From assembly GCF_009914755.1 (NCBI RefSeq), contig NC_060933.1: 64,000 nt of DNA; one strand, written 5' to 3'. This document shows positions 43,831 through 61,325 of the stretch, one piece after another (within the stretch, counting starts at the first letter, position 1; the number at the start of each line of letters is the position of its first letter). This stretch comes from the human T2T-CHM13v2.0 reference genome, Homo sapiens. The translations under genes were made by a program, and so were the position numbers. The notes under the pieces were generated by a model. That model did not search any database and was not told the origin of the DNA. It saw only the letters and a list, made by a program, of their open reading frames with translations.

Positions 43831-45184
43831 CTAAAAGAAAAAGGAGAAAAGATGATGAAAAAGAAGGCACAGGTCCAAATTTAAAGCTTATATAGATAAC
43901 ACAAGACTTTTATAGTACATGCAACAGAAAAACAAAAGCAAATAATTTGAACATTTGATCCTGCATACCATCTTGTGATTATGTTGAAACTCCAAGGTTT
44001 CTCACAATATTACTGTCCTTAAGATTAAAGGCAGTTGGAGTTAAATAAATGACAAGGTCTCTGCTTAGTGGTTTTATGTCATTGAAGTCTACTACAAAAG
44101 CCACATGGCCAAGAAATCTTGCTTAAAATACATGAGACAGACAAAAATTTTGCAGAACATTGCAATTGGAATATTTACCATAGTAAAATCTATTTGACCT
44201 GTTATTTAGGGAATCTGTAAACACAGTTGGTTTCTAGATAGGGTATCATTGCCCTATTATTCTGCATTTCTATTCTCACACAGTATGTTCCATGTGGGAC
44301 AGACATTTTGTAATGCAGGTTCCCACAAGGACCATCATTCCAAACATTTCAAACAAGTCACTGTGCATCAAAGGTTTTTTGCCCAAAGCCAGCATTTGCT
44401 GCTCAACATTCCTGTGGTCAGCACTGCCTACCCCCACAACTCCTTAAGTTCAGAATAGGACTTGTCAACCAATCTATGACATTTGAGAATTTTTTTTCTT
44501 TTTGGAGGACCCAACGTAACCTCCAAAGAGTAGGTGACCCTTTGACAATGTTCTACAAGTAAAATATACTTAGATTAGATGCAGCATATTTTTTAAAGTG
44601 TGGAGTGAAAATGCTTTATAACATGTTTACTTATTCTTCAACATCATTGATAAGAATATATTTGCTTATTATTTACAATATTTATAATAATCACTTTAAA
44701 AAGGATTGAGACAGTTTAAAACAGAATAATATATGTTTATTTATCTATCATAATATATAATATATAATTATATATAATTATAATATGTAATTATATATAA
44801 TAATATATTTAAACAAAATTAGAAAATAAGTAACAAACTAGAAATTAGAAAAGTATACATCACATAGAGTAAGTCATTCTTCTTGAAGCTCTAAGTTTAC
44901 CTGGGACCCCTAAAATTAAAAAATATATCTTGAAGACGGTTCACATTCTACTTTTTCATTTTTATTTTGCTTTGAATCTAATAAATTACCCAAAACATAT
45001 GACACTTTTAACCACTATTTTTGATCAAATATTCTACTGAATATCCATAGGTTGTACACTAAAACTTCCAAGAACAACGTGAAATACTTAAGTGGTTAGT
45101 CTTCTGACTTACCCAGGCATCTAAAGTCTCTTTCCTTATCTAGACTTTAATAGCTTTTAGATTATGCTTCAAATATTATACTTA

Positions 45185-45629
<445 letters not shown>

Positions 45630-45759
45630 TCATCTTATCAGACCTTACTTACCTGCCTCTCCAGCCTCAACTCAAGATATTAATGACTCCAAACTCTCAG
45701 CTTCAGCTCTATTTAATGTGCTGTGCTCTCTCTCTCAACTCTGGTTCTCAACAGTGAAA

Positions 45760-45898
45760 ACAGTGGTTTCTTGTATCAGAATTACCTGAGAGTTTGTAAA
45801 ACACTGATTGCTGACATAACCCTCAAGAACTTCTGATTCAGTAGATCTGAGGTAGGGTCCCAAGTAATGCCAAGGCTGCTGGTCCAGGGAATCACTGT
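45760..45898. mobile_element. MER5A
   Basis: cagtggtttc...atcagaattacctgagagtttgtaaaacac...ctgattcagtagatctg. Confidence 0.7.
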
Positions 45899-47234
45899 AT
45901 CATAATTGCTTAATTATCTGTTGATCCCCTCTACACTAGGCTATGAAACCCTATAAACGCAGAGATTCTAGCTTGCTTATTCATTGTTGTATAGTATCCA
46001 ACTGTTCTATGGACTACATGCTAAATACATATTGATTTCCTTAATAAATTAAAGATATTTCCAAAAATGTTTAAACTTTACAAATTTTCTTTCTGCAAAG
46101 GATATTTAAAACTTTGTCAAGACAAATATAAAAGTCTGTTCTTTTCATTAGTCTCTATAACCATCTACCTTCTCTGAATCAAGAAATGTTTAAACCAAAT
46201 ATCAAGCGTATATTATTTCCCAGCATTCCAACTTCTGAACACCAAGTAGCAACAAAGTTAAGCAGAGATATATGCAGCTTCTTAGCCCTTCCCACAGAGA
46301 AAAACGATAAAGTTAAGGATGGCAAAATTAAGAAGTATAAATTATCTCTTTAAGCCACAATGTACAAAGATGAGTAAAACTGACAGATTTTCTCTAAAGG
46401 TAGAGAAAAGTGCCCTGTCCTATGCCATTTCTTTTCTCTCAACAATTGACTGTAATACCATAAAAACCATACATATTTAATGATAAAACTTAAATGATTT
46501 TCGAAACTCAATTTTATCATCTGTGAAATGAGGAAATTGGACTAACTTATACATAAGGTCTAGTTCAGATTTAAAATCCTATACTAAGAGGATTCTGGAT
46601 AAGAACGCTATATTTCATGAAAATTAGCAGCTAAATATTGAAAGAGTAGAAAATACACCAGGAATTAAAAATTGGGAGGGTATAATATGCCTGAGAAGAA
46701 GTGAGAGGAATTTCAGTTAGTTTTATGACAATAGGACTGAACTGATAGAGGAATTAAACCTCCTCTCTTATTGTCTGCAGAAAGCAACAGGTCAAAAGAA
46801 TAAGCAGTGGAGACCCTGAAAGCACCTCCAATGGCAGTAAGAAGGGCAGTGTGAATGGGCTTTCCTACTTCTTCAGGAGCCGACAGACTTAGGCAGAAAA
46901 CCTACATGGTTCAGAGAGAATCCAATTTAACTGCAATTGGACTATAGGCCAATAAGATAGTCAGGGCTATAATGACAGAAAAATAATTATGGAACATAAT
47001 GGGGAAAAATGTAATCAAAGGAGGTGGCCACTTATCTCTCGCCAAAGAAGAAATCACCTCCCACTGAAGCAGATGTATGGGAGGGGAAAAAAAGAAGAGA
47101 TAGAAAGAGAAAAAGATTAAATGATGGGACATCTCTGATTTGTGTCCTCAATGTGTTTTGTTAACATAGTAACATTGAAAATAGAACAAGCCATTATGAA
47201 GACAAAAGAAATCAGTAAAAACATCACAAAAATA

Positions 47235-47715
47235 GTTTTTTATTGCTACTTTAACAAATTGCTATAAATTTAGCAGCATAAATATACAAATTTATTCTCT
47301 TACAGTCCTAGAGGTCAGAAGTCCAAAATAGGTCTCACAGGACTAAAATCACCGGGAAGGCAAAGCTCTGTTTCTTTCCAGAAGCTCTAGGGGAGAATCC
47401 GTTTCCTTGTCTTTTCCAACTTCTAGAGGCTGCCCACATCTCTTGGCTCATGGCTACCTGTCATCTTCAAAAGCTAGTAATGACTAGTCAGGTCTTTCTC
47501 ACATGACTGACACTCAATCTTCTTTCTCACTCTACCACATTTGATGACCCCTGTGATTACACTGAGCCCACCCAAAAATCTAGGAGAAACTCCCCATCTC
47601 AACATCTTTAACTGAAACACATCTGAAAAGTCCCTTTCTCTATGCAAGGTAGTAGCCACAGGCTCTGAGGATTAAGTAATGGATATCTTTGGAAGCCATT
47701 ATTGTGCCTATCAGA
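47235..47715 (-). mobile_element. MLT1C/D-type MaLR solo LTR
   Basis: ctagaggtcagaagtccaaaat...gaagctctaggggagaatccgtttccttgtcttttccaacttctagaggctgccc. Confidence 0.85.
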
Positions 47716-50700
47716 ACAAACTGAAAAACAATTTCTGTATTAAAAATGGCAATGCAGGTAATGAAAGGAAGTATAAAAATTCCAGAAAACTGAAATGGCA
47801 GGTAGAAGACTAAGGAAATTCACCCAACACTCAGAAAAGAGTCAGAGATGACAAGAACAAAAGAAAAGAAGGCACATATAGGAAAAAAATTCAAGATGCA
47901 CCAGGGGTCCAAGAAAGATTAGAAGGAACCTGAAAAACACAGCTCCAAACAGAAGACAAGTAATTGCCTAAAAAGAAAGGTCTCAGATTAGTGATTTAAA
48001 TTTATGTAGATTACAAAACAAAGTTAATTAAAAGCAACTAAAATGTAGGTGTATCTTGATGAGATTTTGGGATCTCAATGGTAAAGAAAAATTGTAAGAG
48101 TTTAGAGAAAAAAAATAACAAGTCAAATATCTAAAGACAGAGAGAATCAGAACAGACCCATTATACAGAGAAATTTTTTGAGATACATAGCCAATTACAT
48201 TGATGTTTTCATACGAGGACAATAAAGAACAGTCACAGAAATGTGAGTATTCAGAAAGAATGCCATCTACATTTCATCTACACTTCCTTCGTAGAGAAAG
48301 TGTATATAGTATTTAACTCTTGAGAAAAGAAAAAAATAAATACACACACACACACACAATAAATACAAGACCCTGGCAGCAAGCATTAAAACCCACAGAA
48401 CATGATTCTAAATAATTGTTCTTCATAGGGTTATAAAACTTAAAGCAAATATCAAAAATAATTATTGAAAGAAGCTATACCTATTAATAAAATAGCAATT
48501 TAATAATAATCTGGGATTAAAATTACTTACTGTATAGATAAAAACTTGAAATGGGGAAGCAGAATGTAAACATATTAATTTTCTCTTATTACTCAAGTAA
48601 AAATGAGATGATTTAAATGTGACAAGTTTTCAAAAATAAAGTTAAATATGCTGATTCAAAAACCACTGAACTGAATAATACACTAAAGCAGAATGGCAAC
48701 TTTTTGTATTACTGGAGAAAAACAGAGTGCAAAATAGGAGGAAAGCATAAGCAATACATAGAATGACAATTTTGTAAAATTTATGTAGGTGAGATTATAG
48801 ATGATTTTTTCATCTTTAGAAAGTAGCTCATATTTATTGCAAGAAATTTTGGGAAGAACAAAAATACACTCATACAAAGTCCAATAAGTACTTTTCCAAA
48901 AAGCTCATTATAAAATCCAAATCACCATAATTAGAAACTTCTCTGTAATACGAAGTTATAGAATTTCCCCCTGCCCAAGAAACAAAAACATAAATAAGAT
49001 AGCATTATTCCCAAATTCAGTTGTCCTCAAAACTGAAAAGAGAAGTTCATATTCATGCCCTTTTCTCACCCATCAATTATTTTGTCTTAGGATGATAGGG
49101 TTCGAGGGAAGTGATCTCACTGGCTGCTCTATAGAGTAGATGTTACAAATCTCAGAAATTTACCTCACCTTATTGTGTGATCTCAAAATAAGTTATAACA
49201 AATCTGTCAAGCCTAAACGCTAAAGAGTCACATATGTTGTTTACCTTCACCATGCAATTCATTCATCCATGCACACATTCTTGAACGTTTATAGGATACC
49301 AGGTTGGGCATGGCACTGCATTATGCCTTCTAGGAGTACGACTGATGCACCCAAGTGCCTGGCATGGAGCCACTCACAGTACATCTGATGTGTTCTTCCA
49401 TCTCTTGAAAGACAATTACATACTCATTGGCCAAGAGGAAGAAGGAACAGTTGGCATAAACTCACATGCTAGTAATTACACCAATGTGATTTAGTATTTA
49501 GATATGAATGTAAATATGTACTCTACTGAGATACTCTAAGGGAGACTGTAATCTATGCTGATAAAGAACTAGTAATAAGATATAAATCAAACCAACTTAC
49601 TTCCTCCACTTCTGTTAAAATACAATAGAGTGAGCCGGGGCGGGGGCCTGATTTGTAGCTTTGGTTTAGCAGATCTCTTTCTGATTCTCATTTTCAACTA
49701 GCTAATTTGTTTTTCAATAAGTTCCAAAACTGTTCTGAATCTCAATTGTCTCATTTGTAAATTAAGGTAAGGATGACCTCTAAGACTTTTTAAATTCTTA
49801 TTCTTAAATTCAAAATAATCAGGCCTATTTTCTTTCTCCAAAAAAGATTAGAAAAGAGACAGCATAGAATTTAATTAAATTCCATTAAGTCTCTATTAAC
49901 AAGAAAAAAGTCCTCACCCTTCTTAGAGCTTCAAATTGGACATTTTAAAAAGTGAGATGTTTTGTCACAATAACTAGAAAATGGGCCACAAAACAATACT
50001 GATATCCACTAAAAATGATTTTAAACTAGAATACTTAAAATCGCTGAAGAATATGCAACTAGTAAATTTTAGGAGGTTTATCTGAAAAAGTACATAAAAT
50101 GCTACTTCTTATAAAATAATAATGTATATCAATGTGATATACACATATGCAAAAAGAAACTGTGCAACACATAAATTGTAAGTTAATAAAAGTACTTTTT
50201 ATCTATTATAGCCCATTGTCTACCATGCTGAGAAAAGGTACACATCATCATACTTGTCAAATTTCCAAAGAGAATTCTGTGTCAGTCCTAAGAGGAAGGA
50301 ATGGAAAAATTCACTAAAAACACTAAGATGTGCTGGATAAAGTATAATAAATAGTCCTTAGATGCACTGCTAAGCTAAGAGGGAACTTAAACCAAGGTGA
50401 AAGGCTGTCCAGGCAGCAGATTGTCAGAGATCATGAGGACAGGGCTTTAATACTATTGGGAAACAGAAGATGAGCCCTTGGGCTTGACTGAGGCAGTGAG
50501 TTGGAATTGAGACCCACCCACCAAGCTAGCAGTCTCTAAGATCTTCGTATTGGTAAGTGTGTAGATCAAGAAAAAAAAAAAAAAAGATATCCCTACTTGC
50601 ACTGGGAAGAACAAGGAAGTTTTGTCAAGCTCAGGCTCCAGATTGGAAAATAAATAAAGAGTCCCTTAAGAAATCATGACTCTAGTCCCATAAATCACAC

Positions 50701-51489
50701 AAGGCTGGGATTTGAACTTAGACTACCTGTCAAGTCTGAGAACCCTCAGGAGAAGAAATTAACACAAACCAAGGTCCTGAGTTGGTGATATCCCCATGCT
50801 CCTCCCACTCACCGCCTAACACTAGCAAACACCAAACTTCTCTGGAGGACGAGACCTCAACACAGCCAGCCACACGGGATTCTCTCAAACCAGCCTCACT
50901 GAATATAAACTCATCTTCCAAAAGGAAAAAAACACAGGAGGATGCCACATGTGAGAATCCCCAGAACAGTTCACAGCAGGATTAGACCCAAGAATGTCAG
51001 ATAATAAATGATTAAAGACAAAACGGAACTGACTGCATTCTCCCTTTTCCACTTCTATTGGTTCAAGAGTTATACATTGTTTCTATTCTTTAATGCTTAG
51101 TCTTAATATTTTAACATGCACACTTGACTAGAAGTCTGAAGGTAATCCTCTTCCCTTGATATGTTTTCTCTCCAGTGCCTCCACTCCCATCTTACATGTT
51201 ACTGTGGCTCAACATTCTACTTCCATTTGTTCTGAAGCCTACCTAAAATTACTTGCTATTACTTATTTTCCCAGTTTATTTGGTTACCCCATAAGAAGCC
51301 AGTAGAATCATCTTACAAGAACAAACAAGGAGAGTAAGAACAACATGAATTATGAGTTAATCTAATTTAAGACCATAAATGAGAGTTTCTAAATAAAATG
51401 CAAGTAAATCAAATATGTATCTTCAAGATACACACAAACACACAGAAGATGGGGTGTGTGTATATATGACTAAATGGGTTGTATGTATA

Positions 51490-53660
<2,171 letters not shown>

Positions 53661-55029
53661 TTGCAGAAGCCAAGACGGCTGACTAGAGGCATCTGGTACT
53701 CACCTCCTCCACAAAGAACAGAAATAGCAAGTAGATAGTCACACTTTAAACAGCCCACCTAAAAAAGAGTACTAGAATTCAACAGAGAAGTGACAGGAAA
53801 CACCTAAGGCAAGGAAGAAGAGGGAAGCAAGGCAGCCTGCTGTTCTGGGACTGGCGAGAAGCCTGGAACAGCTCTTCGATGTAGGGAAAGGGGAAGTGAC
53901 CTCCAGTGGTCCACAATCCCACCAGACTCCAATCCTAGCCACAGGAGAGCCCCTCAACCCAAAAGGGCCCTGAAACTGATGTAGGGAGCTGCCTGGAGAC
54001 CATGCAACAGCGTTACTCCAGAGACAGAGCTCATGCCAATTCCCACCTTCCCCCTCACCCTCTAGTCCTAAGCAGCTACAGCAAAGCACCACTTTGAGAA
54101 CCCAGCCCCCACCAAACTGCATCTACCCAAGGGGCCCAAGACCCTCCTCTCTCCACATATCTGAAGCTACACTGACACCCTCTGCTTACATCTACCACCA
54201 CAGCTGACTGCCATTGGCAGCAACTCTGCTGCCCACGATAGCAGGGCTACAACACACTTAAAAGTGCCCTGAGGAAAGGCTACTCTGCTTATAGCTGCCA
54301 CCTGGGGCTGAAGCATGTGCTCTCCAACCACCTGTCTGTGGTTGCTGCCACTGAAAGCAACCCCGCCCTCCCCAGCAGTAGGACCACAGCACAGCCATTG
54401 CCACCCCCACCAAGCATTCCACTGCAGAACTGAGGATCACCCCGCCCCTGCCTACCACAGCTAGCACCAGCACTTGGGAGCCTGAGGACACGTCCACCTG
54501 GCCCAGCTCCACTGTCTACCTCCAGTGCTCAAGCATGCCATCCAGGGGCCTTGGGATCACCCTGCCCCAACCACCACCACTGGCACCTGAGCACACTTCC
54601 TGGGGATCTCAGGATGGGCTCACCCAAACTGCCACTATCACCTCAGTTGGCACACAGACGTATGTGCCAACTGCAGGCCTGGCGACTGGCCCTCCCAGCC
54701 TGTTGCAGCCACTGTCAACACAGTATGGACCACCTGGATCCCACAGGGTTGCCCCATCACTAATACTGCTATCTCCCACACCACACCTGACACTCAGAGG
54801 GACCTAAGGACCTACCCACATGCCTGGCCCACTCAGGCAAGCCTGGAGGCTCAAGAATCAGCCTGCCTGGACCTCTTACACTGGTACCAGCATACACCAA
54901 GAACAGGCATGCTCAGCCTGCAACTGCCACTACTGAGGCTCAGGACTGACCCATCTGACATCCCCGGCCCCAGCAAACCTTTGCCACAGCCTCCACAACC
55001 AACCACACCCAAAGCCACTTAAAGAATTA

Positions 55030-55338
<309 letters not shown>

Positions 55339-57714
55339 TTACAGACACTACTGATGCATTTACAGCCAAAGAAATTATATGGAGACTACACTACTTCACA
55401 TACTCAGAATCAAAGCCAAAGTGACCTACACAACCAACACCATAGATACATCTTCAGGAAAACATCCTCCCCTATGAAAGTAAATTCCCAAAACTGGAAT
55501 AAGAAAATTTTATATCAGATGTGCAAATTATCAACATGCGAACAAAAGAAACACAAAAAAGCAAGGAACTATGACACCTTCAAAAGAGCACAATAATTCT
55601 TCAGCAATAGACTTGAATGAAAAAGAAACTTATGAAATCCAGGACAAAGAATTCAAAATAATAATATTTTAAAAAATAGTGAATTATAAGAGAATTCAGA
55701 TTAAACAATAAAAAGAAATCAGAAAAGCAATTCAGGATATAAATGAGAAATTTAGCAGAGACAGATATCATTAAAAAGAACCAAACAGAAATCTTGGTAC
55801 TAAAGAATTCACTGAAAGAAATACAAAATACATTCAAAAAGCTTCAACAACAGACAACAGACAAGATCAAGGAGAACAATTTCAGAATTTGAAGACAGGT
55901 CTTTTGACATAACCCAGGCAGACCAAAAGAGAAACAAAAGGATAAAAAAAGAATGAACAAAGCCTATGTGACATATTGGACACAATATACTGATCAAATA
56001 TTTGAATTTTACATGTTCCAGAAGGCAAAGAGAAAAATGAAAGGGAAAGAAGACCTATTTAACAAAATAACAGCTGAAAATTTCCCAAGTCTAGCAAGAG
56101 AATTAGACATCCAGATATAGGAGGCTCAGGGATCCCCAAACAGATACAACCCAAAAAGGTCTTCTCCAGCACATAATAATCAAACTATCAAAAGTCAAGG
56201 ACAAACAGAGAATTATAAAAACCTCAAGAAAAACAAAAAGCATCAAGTCACTTATAAGGGAACCCTCATCAGACTAACAGATTTGTCAGGAGAAATTGTA
56301 CAGGCCAGGAGAGAATGGGATGGGATGACACATTCATTCGAAGTGCTGAAGGAGGAAAAAAACAAACAAACAAACAAACAAAAAAAACTGCCAGTAAAGA
56401 TACTATACCCAGCAAAGTTATCCTTCATAAATGTAGAATAAATAATGTATTTCCCAAACAAGCAAAAGCTGAGGGAATTACCACTAGACCATACCTACAA
56501 GAAATGCTTCAGGGAGTCCTACACTTGGAAGTGACAGGATAATTTCTACCATCATGAAAACATACAAAAGTGTAAAACCCACTGGTAGAGCAAACACACA
56601 AATGAGGAAGAGAAAGAATTCATATGTTACCACTAAAGAAAACCACAAAACCACAATGATAAACAGTAAGAAAGAAAGGAAAAAGGATACATGAAACAAC
56701 CAAAAATCAATTAACAAAATGACAGGAATAATCCCTCACATATCAATAACAACCAAGAATGTAAACAGATTAAACTTTCCACTTAAAAGATACAGCCTGG
56801 CTGAATGGATTTAAAAACGTGATCCAACTATACTGTTACCCACAAGAAACTCATCTCATCTGTGAAGAAACATGTAGACTGAAAGTAAAAAGACAGAAAA
56901 AGATATTCCATGCAAATGAAAACCAAGAATGAACACAAGTACCTATACACATGTCAGATAAAATGGACTTTAAATTAAAACAGTAAAAAGAGATAAAGAG
57001 GGTCATTACATAATGATAAAGGAATCAATCCAGGAAGATGTAACAATTCTAAACATATACACCAAACACAGAAACAACTAGATGTATAATATTATTAGAC
57101 CTAAAGGAAGAGACAGATTCCAATACAATAATGGTTGGTGACCTCAACACCCCACTCTCAGCATTGGGAAAAAAATTAACAAATAAACATTGGATTTAAA
57201 CTACACTTTACACAAAAATGGACCTAATAGACATTTAGAGAACATTTCATCCAACTGCTATAGAATATACATTCTTTGTATCAGCACATGGAACAGTTCC
57301 CAGAATAGACCACATAAAAAAGTCTCAACAAATTTAAATAAAAATCATACCAATTATCTCCTCAGACCACAATAGAAAAAAAAAAACACAAATCAATTAC
57401 AAGAGTAACTTTGGAAACTATACAAATACATGGAATTAAAAAAAATACTACTGAATGACCATTGGGTCAAGGAAGAAATTAAAAAGAAAATCAAAAAATT
57501 TCTTGAAACAAATGAAAATTGAAACACAACATACCAAAACCAATGGGATACAACCAAAGCAGTGCAAAGAAGGAAATTTATAGCAATAAATTCCTACATC
57601 AAAAAACTAGAAAGATTTCCAATAAACAACCCAAAAATGTATCTCAAAAAACTAGAAAAGAACAAAATCAAGCCCCAAATAAATAGAAGAAAAAAAATAA
57701 TAAAGATTAGGGCA

Positions 57715-58108
57715 TAAAAAAAGGATGAGTTCGTGTCCTTTGCAGGGACATGGATGAAGCTGGAAACCATCATTATCAGCAAACTATCACAAGAACAGAA
57801 AACGAAACACTGCATGTTCTCACTCATAAGTGGGAGTTGAACAAGGCGAACACATGGACACCGGGAGGGGAACACCACACATGGGGGCCTGTCGGGGGGT
57901 TGGGGGGCTAGGGGAGGGATAGCATTAGGAGAAATACTTAATGTAGGTGACGGGTTGATGGGTGCAGCAAACCACCATAGCATGTGTATACCTATGTAAC
58001 AAAACTGCACATTCTGCACATGTACCCCAGAACTTAAAGTATAATAATAATAATAAAAATACTATGTGTAGTAGGGAATAAAAGTTAATATTTAAAAAAT
58101 AAAGAAAG
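57715..58108 (+). mobile_element. 5'-truncated L1PA (about PA6-7) inside the old L1, with extra 3' sequence
   Basis: ggatgagttcgtgtcctttgcagggacatgg...gaacttaaagtataat; perfect TSD AAAGATTAGGGCA (57702-57714, 58109-58121). Confidence 0.93.
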
Positions 58109-58745
58109 AAAGATTAGGGCAAAACTAAATAAAATAGACTTTAAAAGACAATACAAAGGATCAACCAAAGAAGTTAGTGTTTTGAAAAGATAAACAAAAT
58201 TGAACTACTAACTAGACTAACCAAGAAAAAAGACAACCCAAATATAATTAGAAATGAAAAAAAAAGCAGTATAACTGATACCATAGAAATACAAAAGATC
58301 ATCAGACTATTATAAACAACTATACGCTAGCAAACTGGAAAACCTAGAGGAAATGGATACATTCCTAGAAACATACAACCTACCAAGATTGAATCAAAAA
58401 GTGGAAAACCTAAACAGACCAACAATGAATAATGAGACTGAATCAGTAATAAAAAGTCTCCCAACAAAATAAATTCCAGGACTAAATGACTTCACTGCCA
58501 AATTCTACCAAACTTACAAAGAATTAACACAATTCTCCTCAAAGGATTCCAAAATATCAAAGGGAGGTGATTTTTCCTAATCCATTCTACAAGGCCAGCA
58601 TTACTCTGATATCGAAACCAGAAAAGGATGCAACACAAAAAGAAAACTGCAGGGCTATATCCCAGATGAACATAGATGGAAAAAATCCTCAACAAAATAT
58701 CAGCAAACTGAATCTAATAACACATCAAAAAGATAATATACCACG

Positions 58746-59028
<283 letters not shown>

Positions 59029-60899
59029 TGCACCATGCACCATGCACCATGATCAAGTAGGATTTATCCCATGGATGCAATGATGGTTCAACATATGCAA
59101 ATCAATAAACACAATACATCATATTAACAGAACGAAGAATAAATACCATATGACCATCTCAATAGATGCAAAAAAAATTGATAAAATTCAACATTCTTTC
59201 ATGACAAAAACTCTCAGCAAACTAGGCATAAAAGGAACATACCTTAACCTAATAAAGCCTATATATGACAAATCCACAGCTAACATCATATTGAATAGGG
59301 AAAAGCTGAAAGCCTTTCTTCTAAGAACTGGAACAACACAGCATGCCCACTTTCACCACTCCTAGTCAACATAATACTAGAAGTTCCAGCCAAAGCAATC
59401 AGGCAAGAGAAAGAAATAAAGGCATCCAAATTGGAAAAGAGGAAGGCAAATTGCCCCCCTTTGCAGATGACATGATCTTATATCTAGAAAAATCTAAAGA
59501 CTCCACCAAAAATCTCCTACGTTGGATAAATTCAGTAAAGTTGCAGGATACAAAATCAACATACAAAAATCAATAGTGTTTTTACACACCAATAATGAAC
59601 TATCCAAAAAAGAAATAAAGAAGGCAATCCCCTTTCCAAAGCTACAAAAATAAAATAAAATACCTAGGACCAAATTTATGCAAGGAGGGAAAAGACCTCT
59701 TCAAGGAAAACTACAAAACACTGATGAAAGAAACTGAAGAGGACACAAATGGAAAGACATCCTATGCTTATAGATCGAACGAATTAACGTTGTTAAAATG
59801 ATCACACTACCCAAAGCAATCTACAGATTCAATGCAATCTCTATCAAAATACCAATGTCATTTTTCACAGAAATAGAAAAAACAATCCCAAAATTCATAC
59901 AGAACCAAAAACAAGCCTAAATAGCTAAAGCAATCCTGAGCAAAAAGAACAAAGCTGGAAACATCACACTATCTGACTTCAAAATATATCACAAAGCTAT
60001 GGTAACCAAAACAGCATGGTATTGGTATAAAAACAGACACATAGACCAATGGAACAGAATAGAAAACACAGAAATAAATCCCTGTATTTACAGCCAACCT
60101 ACTTTTTGACAAAAGCATCAAGAACCTACACTGAGGAAAGAAACCCTCTTCAATAAGTGGTGCTGGGAAAACTGGATATCCTTATGCAGAAGAATAGAAC
60201 TGGACCCCTATGTCTCACCACATATAAAAATCAACTCAAGATAAAGACTTTATTAAGACTGCAAACTATAAAATTACTAAAAACATTGGGAAACACTTCG
60301 GGGCACTGATCTAGGCAAATATTTTATGGCTAAGACCTCAAAAGCACAAATAAAAACAAAAACAGGCAAAAGGGACTATTTTAAACTAAATGTTTTAAAA
60401 CAATCAATAGAATGAGAGGCAACTGGTTGAATGGGATAAAATATTTTCTAACTATTCATCTGACAAGGTATAATATCCAGAGTATACAAGGAAGGAACTC
60501 AAACAAGTCAAGAGTTAAAAAAAAAAAAAAGCAAATAATCTCATTAAAAAGTGGGCAAAGGATATGAATACACTTTCTCATAAGAAGACATACAAATGCC
60601 CAGTAGGTATATGAAAAAAAACGCTTAACTTTCCTAATCATCAGGGAAATGCAAATCAAAACCACAATAAGATATCATCTTACCCCAGCCAGAATGGCTA
60701 TTATTAAAAAGACAAAAAAAAAAAATGCTGGCAAGGATGCAGAGAAAAGGGAACTCTTATACAGTGTTGGTGGGAATGTAAATTAGTACAGTGACTATTA
60801 AAAAAAAACAGTATGAAGATGTCTCTACAAAAAAAAAAAAAAACCACTAAAACCAGACATTCCATATGATCTAGGTATCCCTCTACTGGCTATTTATCA

Positions 60900-61015
60900 G
60901 AAAAGAGAAAAAAGAAAGAAAGACAGAGAAGGTAAGGATGGAAGGAAGGGAGGAAGGGAGGAAAGGAGGAAAGGAGGAAAGGAAGAAAGGAAGAAGGGAG
61001 GAAGGGAGGGAGGGC
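60900..61015. repeat. GA-rich polypurine simple repeat
   Basis: (GGAA)/(GGAAAGGA) units. Confidence 0.9.
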
Positions 61016-61019
61016 ATCA

Positions 61020-61325
<306 letters not shown>

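Noticed and set aside
49633-49650. Isolated GC box (GGGGCGGGG)
   Set aside because: Single motif in CpG-poor DNA, with no CpG island or other promoter evidence.
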